DNA of 64,000 nucleotides from a virus: IMG/VR virus record IMGVR_UViG_3300023116_008583, positions 26,192 to 90,191 of that record; one strand, 5' to 3'. Shown piece by piece: positions 27,431 to 38,046 of this stretch (position 1 is its first letter; each line of letters starts with the position of its first letter). The notes under the pieces were generated by a model. It saw only the letters and a program-made list of their open reading frames with translations, ran no database searches and was not told where the DNA came from. The position numbers and the translations under genes were made by a program.

Positions 27431-29017
27431 ATGTCTATTAAGGTAACAGAAAGAGCCGTTCGAGAGCTTGTTAAGAGTTTGCTCGAGCAAGATGTAAGCG
27501 CACCAGTCATTGATGGAGATGCTACTGCGCACCTCCCAATTGAAGCAGATCCTGTTGTAGGTCAGGAAGACTTGGGTCCGCCCGTCCAGGATGTGAATTA
27601 TGAACCCACAGATCACGATGAGCTAATGGTAGCATCAGAGAAGCTACTTGCTGACGTTCCTGATGATCTAATTCCCGCTGTTTTTAAAGCAATTAGAAAA
27701 CTAGTAGATAAAGCTCTTAGAATAGCGAAAGAGCGTGCCGAGATGAATCCGCAAGATATCGTTTCTGAGCAGACAAATATCTTGCCTCTTCTTGAAGCCA
27801 TAGTTGAGCAGATGATGCCTTATACGGTTGATATCGACGCTGCAAAAGGCGTGGGATATGAAGACCCAGATCTTGAGAAAATCAAGATGAGAGGTGAAGA
27901 AGAGGACGAAGAGGAAGAAGAGGAAGTTGACGAGCCTGTACAAAAACAAGCACCTCAGCCTCCCGGTAGAAAAATTTACGCTGTTGTCCCTCCCAAAGAT
28001 AAAGTGACCGCATACACTGGTCAAGTCGAGGACGAGGAAGAAGAAGAGGAACCTGAAGCTGATCTTGCTGCTATGCTTGGAGATCAACCTAGAGTTTCAA
28101 AGGCACAAAGAGAAAAGCAGCGCAAGGAAAGAGAAGCTCAAGCTAAGCACAGTGCTGAGCAGTCCCGAGTTGCAGTTGAGTTAACTACCAAGTCAGATGA
28201 AGAAAAAGTTAAGATCGCTAAAAAGATGTTTTCAGATGATAAAGAGTTAGTTGCTAAGATTGACGCTCTTGAAGATGATCGCATGCTTGATACTCTTCTT
28301 ACTCCAGATCAAGTAATCGATGTTGAAGAAGAGTTTATAAAGTCGGACCTCGGGCAAGAGCTTGAATCTCTGCCGACTATGACTTACAAAGATATGCCTG
28401 AGGCACTTAGAGGCAAATACGCGCCGATCATGCTTGATGTAGGAAAATCAATCTCCAATAGCGCGTTTAGAAATATTCGAGATGCAGGATTTATGAAATT
28501 CTTGGCAGGCTTGGCAATGGGCCCAGATAAATTCCAAGAAGAACTGATATCAATAACTCAAGACGCACCAGAAGACGCAAAGCCGATTCAAAAATTCTTG
28601 CTTGCCTCTCTCCCGTGGTCTGCAGAATTTAAGAAAGAAGTAAAGAAGGCTGGTAAGATGCCTGAGCTTGATCCTGATGCTGCAGCAGACGTTTTAAATT
28701 ATTTGCGGCAAAGCGAAGAAGGTGCGAAAGAAGGCGGAAACCTGCTTGATGATTACACGTCGCTCGTTCATTATTACCTTGCAGTTAGAGACAATTTTCC
28801 AGGTGCTGAAAAGAGTATGAGGAAATTCCATTTCAATAAAGATAATGGCAAGGCTGCTTTAGAACTAGCTGTAAAAGGTCTTTCTGATCGCGGAGACAAG
28901 GAAGGCTACGATGAACTAGTCAGGATCCTAGGTGGCGACGCGAACAGAAAAGAAGTTGCAAAGCAGCTTGGCAAGGATTTTGTAGTACCTAAATATCAAG
29001 AGCCTCAGGAGGGTTAA
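27431..29017 (+). CDS. large acidic protein (putative virion/head-associated)
   Basis: N-terminal IKVTERAVRELVKSLLE; poly-Glu tracts. Confidence 0.65.
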   Translation: MSIKVTERAVRELVKSLLEQDVSAPVIDGDATAHLPIEADPVVGQEDLGPPVQDVNYEPTDHDELMVASEKLLADVPDDLIPAVFKAIRKLVDKALRIAKERAEMNPQDIVSEQTNILPLLEAIVEQMMPYTVDIDAAKGVGYEDPDLEKIKMRGEEEDEEEEEEVDEPVQKQAPQPPGRKIYAVVPPKDKVTAYTGQVEDEEEEEEPEADLAAMLGDQPRVSKAQREKQRKEREAQAKHSAEQSRVAVELTTKSDEEKVKIAKKMFSDDKELVAKIDALEDDRMLDTLLTPDQVIDVEEEFIKSDLGQELESLPTMTYKDMPEALRGKYAPIMLDVGKSISNSAFRNIRDAGFMKFLAGLAMGPDKFQEELISITQDAPEDAKPIQKFLLASLPWSAEFKKEVKKAGKMPELDPDAAADVLNYLRQSEEGAKEGGNLLDDYTSLVHYYLAVRDNFPGAEKSMRKFHFNKDNGKAALELAVKGLSDRGDKEGYDELVRILGGDANRKEVAKQLGKDFVVPKYQEPQEG

Positions 29018-29019
29018 CC

Positions 29020-29403
29020 TTGAAACGTTCTCTTCTCAAAGAGATTAGCGATAATTTAAGGTCTTCTGCGCCTGAGAGGAAGGTCCCTGATTTTTTACAG
29101 GGTATGACAACAATGCCACAGACATTGCCAGTACACGCAATTCCCGGTCGAGTAGATTGGGAAATTGTTGAATCGCCACGTCGTTTGATGAAAACGTATA
29201 GTTTTATGACTCCTGAACATAGAAAAGCTTTCTTGATAGAGTTTATGGAGGAGCAAGATCAAATGCAGCATCATGCTAGAATGACTATCGATGAGAATGA
29301 GATTCACGTTGAGATCTACACTCGAGATCTTAATTCTATCACAGAAGTCGATCACCATTTGGCGCGCCTCGCAGACCTAATTTTTAGAGATACAGCTAGG
29401 TGA
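29020..29403 (+). CDS. pterin-4a-carbinolamine dehydratase-like protein
   Basis: L.KTYSF...QHHA...IYTRD...ITEVD..LA. Confidence 0.7.
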   Translation: MKRSLLKEISDNLRSSAPERKVPDFLQGMTTMPQTLPVHAIPGRVDWEIVESPRRLMKTYSFMTPEHRKAFLIEFMEEQDQMQHHARMTIDENEIHVEIYTRDLNSITEVDHHLARLADLIFRDTAR

Positions 29404-29407
29404 TCTT

Positions 29408-29791
29408 GTGGAAATGCTAAACGAAGATAGACTCTTTATCTCAAAGAGCTTGCAGGGAAAAATAGGGCCTGAGCAACTGGCCGATCCCGTTGCTGATGAT
29501 AATGGCAATCTTGTTGTTGAGCTAGCGGGATCTAAAATCTATGTGAAGTCTCTTGAAGAGACGTCAGAAGTGATTAGCATAGAAGGATCATGCTTCTCAC
29601 AAGACATAGCCGGGATATTCTCTGATGAAAAACCTGATGTATTAAGCATTATGGCAGGTGAAAACACTGTTCTAGAAAAAAATGTTAAGGGTGGACAGTG
29701 GTCTTGCAAGGCAAACACTTTTTCAGAAGATAATTATGATGTGTCTATCTTGATAACAAAGGCCCAAAAAAGGAATAAGAAAAATGACTAA
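29408..29791 (+). CDS. hypothetical protein
   Basis: ORF packing. Confidence 0.55.
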   Translation: MEMLNEDRLFISKSLQGKIGPEQLADPVADDNGNLVVELAGSKIYVKSLEETSEVISIEGSCFSQDIAGIFSDEKPDVLSIMAGENTVLEKNVKGGQWSCKANTFSEDNYDVSILITKAQKRNKKND

Positions 29792-29990
29792 AGACAACAA
29801 AACTCCTGAGCCTCCCAAGACTCAAAAAACTCAATTTGACAAATTCATTGATGATCAAATTCGCCGCCAAGAAGAAATCAAGAAGAGAAAGCAGGAAATC
29901 GTCGGGACAGGAAAAGATACACCACAGCAAACTTATAACAAGCTTTATAGAGAGCGCCCTCAAAATCGCACTGTGTGGAGAAAGAAATGA
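29784..29990 (+). CDS. hypothetical protein
   Basis: ORF packing. Confidence 0.55.
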   Translation: MTKDNKTPEPPKTQKTQFDKFIDDQIRRQEEIKKRKQEIVGTGKDTPQQTYNKLYRERPQNRTVWRKK

Positions 29991-30613
29991 AACAAGTATT
30001 GAAGACAGGGGCTGAGCTCCGATCTTTCTTGGAAAGAATAGTTGAAACAAGCGTTCAGAGCGCACAAGACGTTGTTGCAGAAGAAGAGCGTCAGCGACAA
30101 CTAGAACTCTACAAGAAGATGCAAGAGCAAGAAGAAGAGGAAGAAGTAGAGGAAGAACCCGCTGATGAAAAACCCAAAGCTGCAGCAAAGCCCGAAGAGG
30201 ATGCAGAAAAAGATCCCATGCAAAGACCTTCTGCTGCCGATCGTGCACCTGAAAAGCCCAAGACGCCAGACGATGTCGACTTGAAGAACATTCTTTACTC
30301 TATCAACCAGATTAGAAGCGGAAGATCTTTAAAAGACAGAGATGTGAGAGATAATCTTGATGATTATTTTAACAAGCTTTCACCCGTTGAACGCTTGGCA
30401 CTTTCTGAGTTTTTGGAAGGTCTTTCTGACGTGATCGTTGACGGAGTTCCTGCAGCCGATGCAGAATCTCCCGATGAAGAGATTGTGATGCAGGCATCTG
30501 ATAAGACTGCAAAGGCTGTTGCTAGCAAAGAAAAGAAAGCAGAGCCACAGCAAAAAGCTAAGCCATCATCTTCCCCCGAAGAAATCGCGCCACCGATTAA
30601 AGTGGCACAGTAA
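29987..30613 (+). CDS. acidic hypothetical protein
   Basis: ATGA overlap; ELRSFLERIVE; INQIRSGRSLKD core. Confidence 0.6.
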   Translation: MKQVLKTGAELRSFLERIVETSVQSAQDVVAEEERQRQLELYKKMQEQEEEEEVEEEPADEKPKAAAKPEEDAEKDPMQRPSAADRAPEKPKTPDDVDLKNILYSINQIRSGRSLKDRDVRDNLDDYFNKLSPVERLALSEFLEGLSDVIVDGVPAADAESPDEEIVMQASDKTAKAVASKEKKAEPQQKAKPSSSPEEIAPPIKVAQ

Positions 30614-30624
30614 GAGAGGTAAAC

Positions 30625-30822
30625 TTGGAAAAGACTACAATTTATCTGCCGAATGGCGGAACTTTAGAGGTCGAACATACGCAGCAATTTATTAATAGAG
30701 TTTGCGAGCGGTACAACAAGCAAGAAAGCGAAGTACAGTTAGCTGATATTAAGAATTATATTTACGAGTCATTTAAGATAGCACTTGATAACGGAACGTT
30801 AGAGAAAGTAGAAGAAGCATAG
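30625..30822 (+). CDS. hypothetical protein
   Basis: GAGGT RBS, TTG start. Confidence 0.55.
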   Translation: MEKTTIYLPNGGTLEVEHTQQFINRVCERYNKQESEVQLADIKNYIYESFKIALDNGTLEKVEEA

Positions 30823-30833
30823 CGAGAGGTACA

Positions 30834-31157
30834 ATGTCTGATTCGATTGATAATCTAAGAGAGATCATTCGTCAAGAGGCGAAATCACTTGTCGAGACAA
30901 AACTTAGAAAAACACGCGAAGGAAACAAAGTAGAGTTCGCGTCGGAAGAATATATCGAAGAAGTCGAGAAAGACCTCGAGGAGCTTGTCTCAATTCGAGA
31001 TCGCCGTGGAATGAGAGAGCGCGAAAGATATGTTCTTTCTCAAGCTGTGAGACACCTCAGAGCCAGCCTTAAGCGTGCTAGAAAAACTCGTGACAGATTA
31101 GAAAAAGAAAAAGCTGCCCAAGAAGAAAAGCAAAAAGTAATAATCTCAGAAGAATAG
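30834..31157 (+). CDS. hypothetical protein with N-terminal helical tag
   Basis: LREIIRQEAKSLVE. Confidence 0.6.
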   Translation: MSDSIDNLREIIRQEAKSLVETKLRKTREGNKVEFASEEYIEEVEKDLEELVSIRDRRGMRERERYVLSQAVRHLRASLKRARKTRDRLEKEKAAQEEKQKVIISEE

Positions 31158-31162
31158 TTTTT

Positions 31163-31190
31163 GTGTAAATCAAATCTCCTAGTGTATAAT
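31163..31190 (+). promoter_or_regulatory. sigma70-like promoter
   Basis: GTGTAA-N16-TATAAT, then AAGGAG. Confidence 0.7.
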
Positions 31191-31210
31191 AGCACCAAAG
31201 GAGATACAAC

Positions 31211-32407
31211 ATGGGCGCAGTTCACGGTCATCTGATGCATCCTTATGATAACCTCGACTTGAGGTTTAGGGATCTAAAAGCAATGTTTGCTCGAATTGCA
31301 AACGGTGAGATTGATTCTGCTTGCGAGAAGTTTGACGGACAAAATATCTTTCTCCATGTTGATTCAAGCGGAACACCTTGGTTTGCTCGCAACTTGTCTG
31401 ATATCAAAGACGGTAAGGTTTCCGCCAAAGATATTGATGATCGTTTTGCAGGAAGAGGTCCAGTTCACATCGCTTTTCGTGATGCTGCGCTCGTGGCTAC
31501 TGAGCTGTTTTCCAGATGGCCCGCTGATAAAATTGATCGAGTCTTTGGCGACAATACCTGGTATTCTGCAGAGATCATTCACACTGCGAATCCTAATGTG
31601 ATCAAATATGACACTTGTGCACTAATCTTTCACTGGGATGGTACTGGTTCTCGAGATTCTGTGACTGGGCATGCTATCTCAACAAAAGCGCATGAGCAGG
31701 CATTTAAAGTCTTGACAGACTCACTTCCAAGAGCTGTTGATGTCCAAGGTTTGACCTGGAAGATCGGAACTTCTTTTAGCGCGAATGTGAATAAATTGTC
31801 GTATGCACAGTTCACATCAGCGGTGACTGTTTTGGATGAGGCTTGTGTATCTTCTGGTCTGCATCACAATGCATCCCTCAAGGATTTTGTTGCAAAAAAG
31901 ATCGATGAAGATCTTTTGGCTCATCTTAATCTGGGCAATGATTACACACAACTTGTAATGGAAAGAATGTTTGATGAGGAAGGAGCTCTTGCAGCACCCT
32001 CTATTACGAAAGGCATGAATACTGCTCTCAAGGCAACGCTGCGCGATATCATGAAACGCAGAAAAGAAATCAGAGAAGATTATTTGTCACCTATCGTTAG
32101 GGTGGTTCGCAAAGTTGCTTTTCATGCACTGGATAATACTGCATCAAATCTGGTTTCCGATCATAATTCGGAAGTCAAGAGGTTGCAAAGAGAATACGAG
32201 AAAGCTCTTCTTGTGGCAACTAATCGAGGCACAGATCGGGATGTTAAGATCTTGCAAAAGTGCGCAGATCAATTAACTAAAAGCTCACAAATCACGTCAT
32301 CTCAGGAAGGCATAGTTTTTAAGTTTAACGGCGAGTCATACAAGCTTACAGGAATTTTCGCACCGCTAAATCAAGTTTTAGGGTTAAACAAAGATTGGAG
32401 CAAGTAA
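31211..32407 (+). CDS. ligase-fold nucleotidyltransferase (RNA ligase-like)
   Basis: EKFDGQN (motif I), EGIVF (IV), YKLTG (V); N-terminal GHLMHPYD. Confidence 0.7.
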   Translation: MGAVHGHLMHPYDNLDLRFRDLKAMFARIANGEIDSACEKFDGQNIFLHVDSSGTPWFARNLSDIKDGKVSAKDIDDRFAGRGPVHIAFRDAALVATELFSRWPADKIDRVFGDNTWYSAEIIHTANPNVIKYDTCALIFHWDGTGSRDSVTGHAISTKAHEQAFKVLTDSLPRAVDVQGLTWKIGTSFSANVNKLSYAQFTSAVTVLDEACVSSGLHHNASLKDFVAKKIDEDLLAHLNLGNDYTQLVMERMFDEEGALAAPSITKGMNTALKATLRDIMKRRKEIREDYLSPIVRVVRKVAFHALDNTASNLVSDHNSEVKRLQREYEKALLVATNRGTDRDVKILQKCADQLTKSSQITSSQEGIVFKFNGESYKLTGIFAPLNQVLGLNKDWSK

Positions 32408-32988
32408 TGAGAGTTGGAATCGTAGCAGGCGCATTTAAGCCTTATCACAAGGGTCATCACCGAATGGTAGAGATCGCTTGCAAGGAAAATGATGTTGTTC
32501 ACGTGATAGTTTCTCTTACAGATCGAAAGAGGTCGAAACAAGTACCCGTTTCCGGCGTTCAGATGGAAAAGGTCTGGAATGATCACTTGGTTCATATTTT
32601 ACCGGAAAATGCCAAAGATAACCTAGAACTGTTACCTTCAGGCTACGCTCCAGTTAGAAAGGTTTACGAGATGCTGGAGAATGCTGCAGAATGCAATTCC
32701 TCGGATGTGTTTAATATCTACTCGGATCCTAAAGACATCGAACGCTACAATGAAAAATCCTTATCCAAGGCTTTGCCCGATAGCTTTGTCGACACCAACG
32801 TCTTTAGAAGACCAGTCAATATGAGCGAAACTGCTAACGTTAGAGGTGAAGACATGCGTAAGTGGATGGGAAGCAGAGATAAAGAGAGTTTCATCACTGG
32901 TCTTCCCGATGGACTACCCCATGAGTCTAAGGAGAGTATCTGGTTTACTCTTGTTGGCCCCGATGTAGTTTCGTTTGGTGGATGTTAA
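32407..32988 (+). CDS. HxGH cytidylyltransferase-family nucleotidyltransferase
   Basis: GAFKPYHKGH; RGEDMR KMSKS-like motif. Confidence 0.8.
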   Translation: MRVGIVAGAFKPYHKGHHRMVEIACKENDVVHVIVSLTDRKRSKQVPVSGVQMEKVWNDHLVHILPENAKDNLELLPSGYAPVRKVYEMLENAAECNSSDVFNIYSDPKDIERYNEKSLSKALPDSFVDTNVFRRPVNMSETANVRGEDMRKWMGSRDKESFITGLPDGLPHESKESIWFTLVGPDVVSFGGC

Positions 32989-33053
32989 CCATTCTTAAAT
33001 TTGTGCGTATAATGTTTTCATAATTGACATTTAACTTTATGAGGAGATCTAAA

Positions 33054-33404
33054 ATGTCTAACAAGAGAAATAACTGGGTGCCAGAGATCATGTATGAGGA
33101 ATCTGCAGAAGGAGTTGCCAGCAACTTTCCTTTTATTCAAGTTCCCAAAGATGAGACGATGCCATCCCTTCTTTACATCTTTGAATCCCAAGATACGGGA
33201 GAAGTTGAACCGGGTGCCGATGGTGAAGAACTCCCTGTTTTTGAGTGGGACATGCACCAGTACGCAGACATGGCTGTTCTTAAGTCCAATCTTCGCCCAG
33301 AGCTTTACGATGAAGTTCGAGTTTCCCTAGGTTTGCAACCCATGGCAGAGGCCATCGCAGCAGGCCAGCAAATTACCCAGAACGTAAAAACTAACTTGGA
33401 GTAA
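33054..33404 (+). CDS. hypothetical protein
   Basis: GAGGAG RBS; TATAAT at 33008. Confidence 0.65.
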   Translation: MSNKRNNWVPEIMYEESAEGVASNFPFIQVPKDETMPSLLYIFESQDTGEVEPGADGEELPVFEWDMHQYADMAVLKSNLRPELYDEVRVSLGLQPMAEAIAAGQQITQNVKTNLE

Positions 33405-33407
33405 ACC

Positions 33408-34166
33408 TTGTACATCACCAGAGACGACATTAAAAAGACGCTTACCTCTATGGTCAATTTTTACGGAGACTTAAAGGGAAGCTTTGATAAGTTTGGTATG
33501 GATCTTGAGTCTAACTTAGGCAGAAGAAACATCTTCATGTCGATGGCTCAAGAGGAGTTTCTTGCGAGGACATTGCAAGAGAAGTACGTTAATGTCGTTT
33601 CAGACGGTGCTCCTGGAATGCCCGATGTTTATATTGGTGACATTGACAAGGAGATCGAGTGCAAGCTGACAACAGTAAACAAGTCAGGAGCAATCAGCTT
33701 TCAGTCGGATTATGAGACTCTTTTGCAAAAGGAATCTCTCGACTATTTGTACTTTATTGCTTCTCCCAGTTTTGATAAGTTCACTGTTCTGCTTTTCGAG
33801 GGATTGACAGTTGATGACTTCAGGCCCCTTTCCCCGGGGTCCCGCGGAAAGGTTGCCATGAAGAAACATGAAGGCATGAAGAAGTGCACGGTTCTCTGGG
33901 GCGGGGTGATCAACAAGAACGAGCTCGAGATTCAAAAGATCGACAGTCTCACACAAGCCGCCCGAGACAAGTTCGACACGATCACGGAAGAAGTCACAAC
34001 CAGGGCCAAGACCACCACTGCCCCGGCTCAACTTGATAAACTTAACAAACGGATCGAACAGGAGCACGGGATCTTACGTCGAAAGCTGGACCGCCTCTTG
34101 AAGAGGAAGCAGTACTGGCTCACCGACCCAGGAAAGTACTCGTTCGATCTGCACAGCGTGGTATAA
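33408..34166 (+). CDS. PD-(D/E)xK nuclease-like protein
   Basis: PDVYI...EIECK. Confidence 0.55.
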   Translation: MYITRDDIKKTLTSMVNFYGDLKGSFDKFGMDLESNLGRRNIFMSMAQEEFLARTLQEKYVNVVSDGAPGMPDVYIGDIDKEIECKLTTVNKSGAISFQSDYETLLQKESLDYLYFIASPSFDKFTVLLFEGLTVDDFRPLSPGSRGKVAMKKHEGMKKCTVLWGGVINKNELEIQKIDSLTQAARDKFDTITEEVTTRAKTTTAPAQLDKLNKRIEQEHGILRRKLDRLLKRKQYWLTDPGKYSFDLHSVV

Positions 34167-34181
34167 ATCATTTGCTGTGTC

Positions 34182-34188
34182 ATACTTA
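34182..34188 (+). promoter_or_regulatory. putative late-promoter motif ATACTTA
   Basis: Intergenic. Confidence 0.55.
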
Positions 34189-34234
34189 ATAACGTTTGAC
34201 AACACATCTTTTGTGTACACAAGGAGATTTTAAG

Positions 34235-34738
34235 ATGGATTTTAGCGCAAACAGATTAGCAGCTCTCGCTGGATTGGCTTCCTCCGAAGTTCGTCACGAG
34301 ATCGTCCGTGAGCAAGCAGAGGCACTCAATGAGTCCGCTCAAGCTCGCCAAGCAGACCAGAACGAGTCCGAGGTTCGCCAGGCAGTTCGTCGCACCATTC
34401 GCAAGATGATCGCAGAAGGTGCTTTGGACCTGGATGAGTTCACAGGTGGTTCCGTTCGTCTGATGGAAGAAGAAGAAGACATGGACGAGGGTGCAGACAC
34501 CCACATGTCCTCACCGCTTCCTGAAGAAGAAGAGCAGCCAGGTGATGTTCTCGAAGAAGAGGACATGGAAGAATCTAGCTGCGGGACAATGGAAGAAGAA
34601 GAGATGATGGAAGAGGGCGACTACGACATGGAAGAAGGCATGCACGGCGACATGGAAGAGGGAACTCTCTATGAGATGGACGGCGAGCTTCACATGAAGA
34701 TGGGTGACAAGACCTTTAAGCTTGTTCCTGCTGAGTAA
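34235..34738 (+). CDS. highly acidic scaffold/prohead-core-like protein
   Basis: AAGGAG RBS; RLAALAGL, LNES, repeated DMEE(G). Confidence 0.6.
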   Translation: MDFSANRLAALAGLASSEVRHEIVREQAEALNESAQARQADQNESEVRQAVRRTIRKMIAEGALDLDEFTGGSVRLMEEEEDMDEGADTHMSSPLPEEEEQPGDVLEEEDMEESSCGTMEEEEMMEEGDYDMEEGMHGDMEEGTLYEMDGELHMKMGDKTFKLVPAE

Positions 34739-34784
34739 ACATCTGATTCTTTACTGATTATAGTATTGGGTAAGGAGTCGCCAA

Positions 34785-34976
34785 ATGCGTCTACACCCAA
34801 CTACTGTAAAAAGACTGCTAAAAATCTACGAAACCTACGGAGGTCATCGCGAGGAGACCAAGCTCTTGGAGGAGCTCTCCCGCCTTGATCTTTCCGTGTA
34901 TCAGCAGACTCAAGGTCGCCAGGACAACGTCCTGGTGTGCACTGATGAGCTGAACGAGGCGCTTCGTGGAAGGTAG
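34785..34976 (+). CDS. hypothetical protein
   Basis: AAGGAG RBS. Confidence 0.6.
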   Translation: MRLHPTTVKRLLKIYETYGGHREETKLLEELSRLDLSVYQQTQGRQDNVLVCTDELNEALRGR

Positions 34977-35385
34977 AAGATACGAGGTCGGCCAAGCCCT
35001 TTACGTGGTGATGGTCGATAAACTCAAGATCGTTCCTGTTCTCGTTGCCGAAGAAGTCGTGAGAAAGACTTTGCAAGGCGAGGAAGTGACTTATCTTGTG
35101 TGCCACAAGGAAGCCTCTGATCCGATCGATCTGAGGCGCCTGAAAGGTGACGTCTACGAGGATCTCGAAGAAGTGAAAACACTTCTGGTGGACAACGTGA
35201 CACGAAACATCACGAACATGTGTGATCAAGTTGACTCTCGCTCGAAGGAACTGAAACAGAACCTGTTCGGCGGCTCCCTCGATCGAGTTGTCACTCGAGA
35301 CGTTTCCGTCGATCAACCTGAAGTGATCGAAGAAGATAACGTGTTCGTCTTGGAAGATGGCACTCGCGCTCGAGTAAAATTTTAA
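34966..35385 (+). CDS. hypothetical protein
   Basis: ORF packing; YEVGQALYV. Confidence 0.6.
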   Translation: MEGRRYEVGQALYVVMVDKLKIVPVLVAEEVVRKTLQGEEVTYLVCHKEASDPIDLRRLKGDVYEDLEEVKTLLVDNVTRNITNMCDQVDSRSKELKQNLFGGSLDRVVTRDVSVDQPEVIEEDNVFVLEDGTRARVKF

Positions 35386-35421
35386 TTCGTACCATACGTA
35401 GTCATGTAATCGGAGATTTAC

Positions 35422-38019
35422 ATGCTCATTGAAGATTTTACTGATCTTGCCGCATCAGCTTTGCAAGCTGCTTCGAAGTTATCGAAAAAATTAGATCATC
35501 CACAGCCCTATCCGGAGCACCTGCTAGTCTGCATGCTCCAGCAGGAAGACAGTCCAGTCAGGTCTATTCTCGCAAAGCTATCAATCGATCGGGAAGACCT
35601 AAGAAGAAAACTTAATGAACATCTGACAAAGATGAAGAAGATGCCTAGCCAAAATGCGCATGAGGACACTCTCACAGTTTCTCCCCGCTTGCTTCGTGTT
35701 CTCGATCGAGCTCAACTCGAAGCGAAGGCGAAGGGCGATGCGTTCGCTAGCTCCTCCATCTTGTTTCTCCAGATGTTCTCTGAGCCCGCAGATTCTCAGC
35801 CTGCTCACAGGTACTTGCTTGAAGCCGGTGTCACGAAGGAAGCAGTTGAGAAAGAGATAGAGATCCAGCGCCAAGGCAAGAAAGTTGAGAATCGCCGAGA
35901 AGGAAGATCTTTAAAGCTTCTCTTTCAGTCAGGTAGAGAGCTGGTCTCTGAAGTTGCTTTGGGCAAGATCCCGCCTGTCATCGGGCGCGAAGATGAGATT
36001 AGAAGTGTTATTCGAATCTTATGCCGCCGAACGAAGAACAATCCTGTCATCATCGGCAAGCCTGGTGTTGGTAAGACAGCCATCGCTCACCTCTTAGCGC
36101 ACAGGATTCATCGTGGTGACGTTCCTTCCCATCTTGAAGGGGCTAAGTTACTGCAACTGGACGTGTCATCACTCCTGTCAGGAGCATCTCATCGAGGTGA
36201 TCTGGAAGAGAAGATGGCTTCTATCTTAGATCAAGTTGAGGAAGCTGCGATTCCCATCATCTTGTTTATAGATGAAATTCACATGATCTGCCCCTCTGAT
36301 AACTCAAGCTCTTCGATCGCTTCCGTGCTTAGACCCTACTTGGATCGAGGCGGTGTTAGAGTGTTAGGAGCAACAACAGAAGATGAGTTTAGAAACTCCA
36401 TTGAGAAAGACACAGCTCTCGAACGCCGATTCCAGACAGTCTATGTTGAGCCTCCCACAACACGTCAAACAATGGCAGTTCTCAGAGGACTTAGAGATTC
36501 TTATGAGGCGTATCACGGCTTACAAATCAGAGACGCAGCTCTAATCTCTGCTGTAGAACTAAGCGAGAGGTACGTTCCATCCAGAAACTTGCCTGACAAA
36601 GCGATTGACCTTGTCGATGAAGCGACAGCAAAAGTTCGTGCAGACAATACATCAGCACCGCCTGAGCTGGAATCTCTAAATCAAAAAGTAATGATCTTAG
36701 AGGTTGAGATCGAAAGCTTAGAGAAAGAAGTAGGTGTAGATCAGCAATTATCTGAGATGAGAAAAGAGCTTGCGGGAGCCAGAGAAAAAAGAAACGCCTT
36801 GCAAGGACAGTTCGATGCTGAAAAGGCTGCAATGGATAAATTCAAGGATGCGAAATCTAAGCTGATTGATATCGAAGCCAAGATCCAAGATGCACAAGCT
36901 GTCGGAGATGCTGTGGGCCTACAGAGATTGACAACAGTCGACAAGGTGCTAGCAACTTCAGCATTGTCTACTGCTGAGTTTGCCGTGAAATCAGCAAGGC
37001 AAAACTCTCAGATGATGAAAGATGAGATCACTCCGATGGAGATCGCTGAAGTTGTCGCCGCTTGGACTGGTATTCCTGCAGCAGATTTGAGCATGTCTGA
37101 GAAAGAGAAGCTTGCTGGCCTTGAAGGTCATCTGAATGGCACAGTGCTAGGACAGGAAAGAGCAGTCAAGGCTGTTGCTGATGCGATCGTTAGATCTCGA
37201 GCCGGCCTATCGGATGAGACCAAGCCAATCGGATCATTCTTATTCTTAGGCCCGTCAGGTGTAGGTAAGACGTGGTTGGCAAAATGCTTGGCAAAGATTA
37301 TGTTTGATGACTACGATCACGTGGTTCGAGTTGATATGTCTGAGTACGGTGATAAGCATACAGTTTCTCGAATGGTCGGTGCTCCTCCAGGATATGTCGG
37401 TTATGAGCAAGGTGGTCAGCTCACAGAAGCAGTTCGACGCAGACCTTACTCGATTGTTCTTCTAGATGAGATTGAGAAAGCACACACAGAAGTCTTTGAT
37501 GTTCTACTCCAACTCTTGGATGACGGCCGTCTTACCGACGGTCAAGGTCGTCTAATTGATTTTAAGAACACTGTCGTGATTATGACATCAAATATCGGTT
37601 CTCACATGCTTCTCGAGGCTCTTGAGAGAGACGGTGATATCACAGAAGAGACACGTGAAAAAGTTATGGATCTTCTCAAGTCCAAATACCGACCTGAGCT
37701 TCTAAACAGAATTGATGACATTGCTGTTTTTAATCCTCTGGCAGAAAACAACCTGTCAGGAATCGCGAAGAACGTTCTTGATGACATCGCCCGCCGCCTT
37801 AAGAAGAAAGGTATCGATGTTGAGTTTGATCCTCAGATGTACGACAAGGTTGCCAAAGAGACATACGACCCAACAGTTGGTGCTAGAGCGATTAGAAGGT
37901 GGACTCAAAAACACGTAGAAGGCGCCCTCGCCAATGCTATTATTACGGCAGGTGAAGATGCCGGTAAGTTCACAATTTCTTTAGGTGATTCGGGCGTAGA
38001 GATAAAAAATACCCAGTAG
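35422..38019 (+). CDS. clpB: ClpB-type AAA+ disaggregase
   Basis: Clp-N domain, [14 protein letters not shown], middle coiled coil, [18 protein letters not shown] pore loop. Confidence 0.93.
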   Translation: MLIEDFTDLAASALQAASKLSKKLDHPQPYPEHLLVCMLQQEDSPVRSILAKLSIDREDLRRKLNEHLTKMKKMPSQNAHEDTLTVSPRLLRVLDRAQLEAKAKGDAFASSSILFLQMFSEPADSQPAHRYLLEAGVTKEAVEKEIEIQRQGKKVENRREGRSLKLLFQSGRELVSEVALGKIPPVIGREDEIRSVIRILCRRTKNNPVIIGKPGVGKTAIAHLLAHRIHRGDVPSHLEGAKLLQLDVSSLLSGASHRGDLEEKMASILDQVEEAAIPIILFIDEIHMICPSDNSSSSIASVLRPYLDRGGVRVLGATTEDEFRNSIEKDTALERRFQTVYVEPPTTRQTMAVLRGLRDSYEAYHGLQIRDAALISAVELSERYVPSRNLPDKAIDLVDEATAKVRADNTSAPPELESLNQKVMILEVEIESLEKEVGVDQQLSEMRKELAGAREKRNALQGQFDAEKAAMDKFKDAKSKLIDIEAKIQDAQAVGDAVGLQRLTTVDKVLATSALSTAEFAVKSARQNSQMMKDEITPMEIAEVVAAWTGIPAADLSMSEKEKLAGLEGHLNGTVLGQERAVKAVADAIVRSRAGLSDETKPIGSFLFLGPSGVGKTWLAKCLAKIMFDDYDHVVRVDMSEYGDKHTVSRMVGAPPGYVGYEQGGQLTEAVRRRPYSIVLLDEIEKAHTEVFDVLLQLLDDGRLTDGQGRLIDFKNTVVIMTSNIGSHMLLEALERDGDITEETREKVMDLLKSKYRPELLNRIDDIAVFNPLAENNLSGIAKNVLDDIARRLKKKGIDVEFDPQMYDKVAKETYDPTVGARAIRRWTQKHVEGALANAIITAGEDAGKFTISLGDSGVEIKNTQ

Positions 38020-38023
38020 CAGA

Positions 38024-38030
38024 ATATTTA
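38024..38030 (+). promoter_or_regulatory. putative late-promoter motif ATATTTA
   Basis: Intergenic, GGAG RBS downstream. Confidence 0.6.
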
Positions 38031-38046
38031 ATATCGGAGCGTCCAA

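Noticed and set aside
27890-28060. GAA/GAG-rich simple repeats
   Set aside because: Explained by poly-Glu coding tracts
33780-35385. Apparently GC-richer patch suggesting a mobile element
   Set aside because: No transposase, integrase or terminal repeats; the shift was judged by eye only and could reflect codon bias or recombination with a relative
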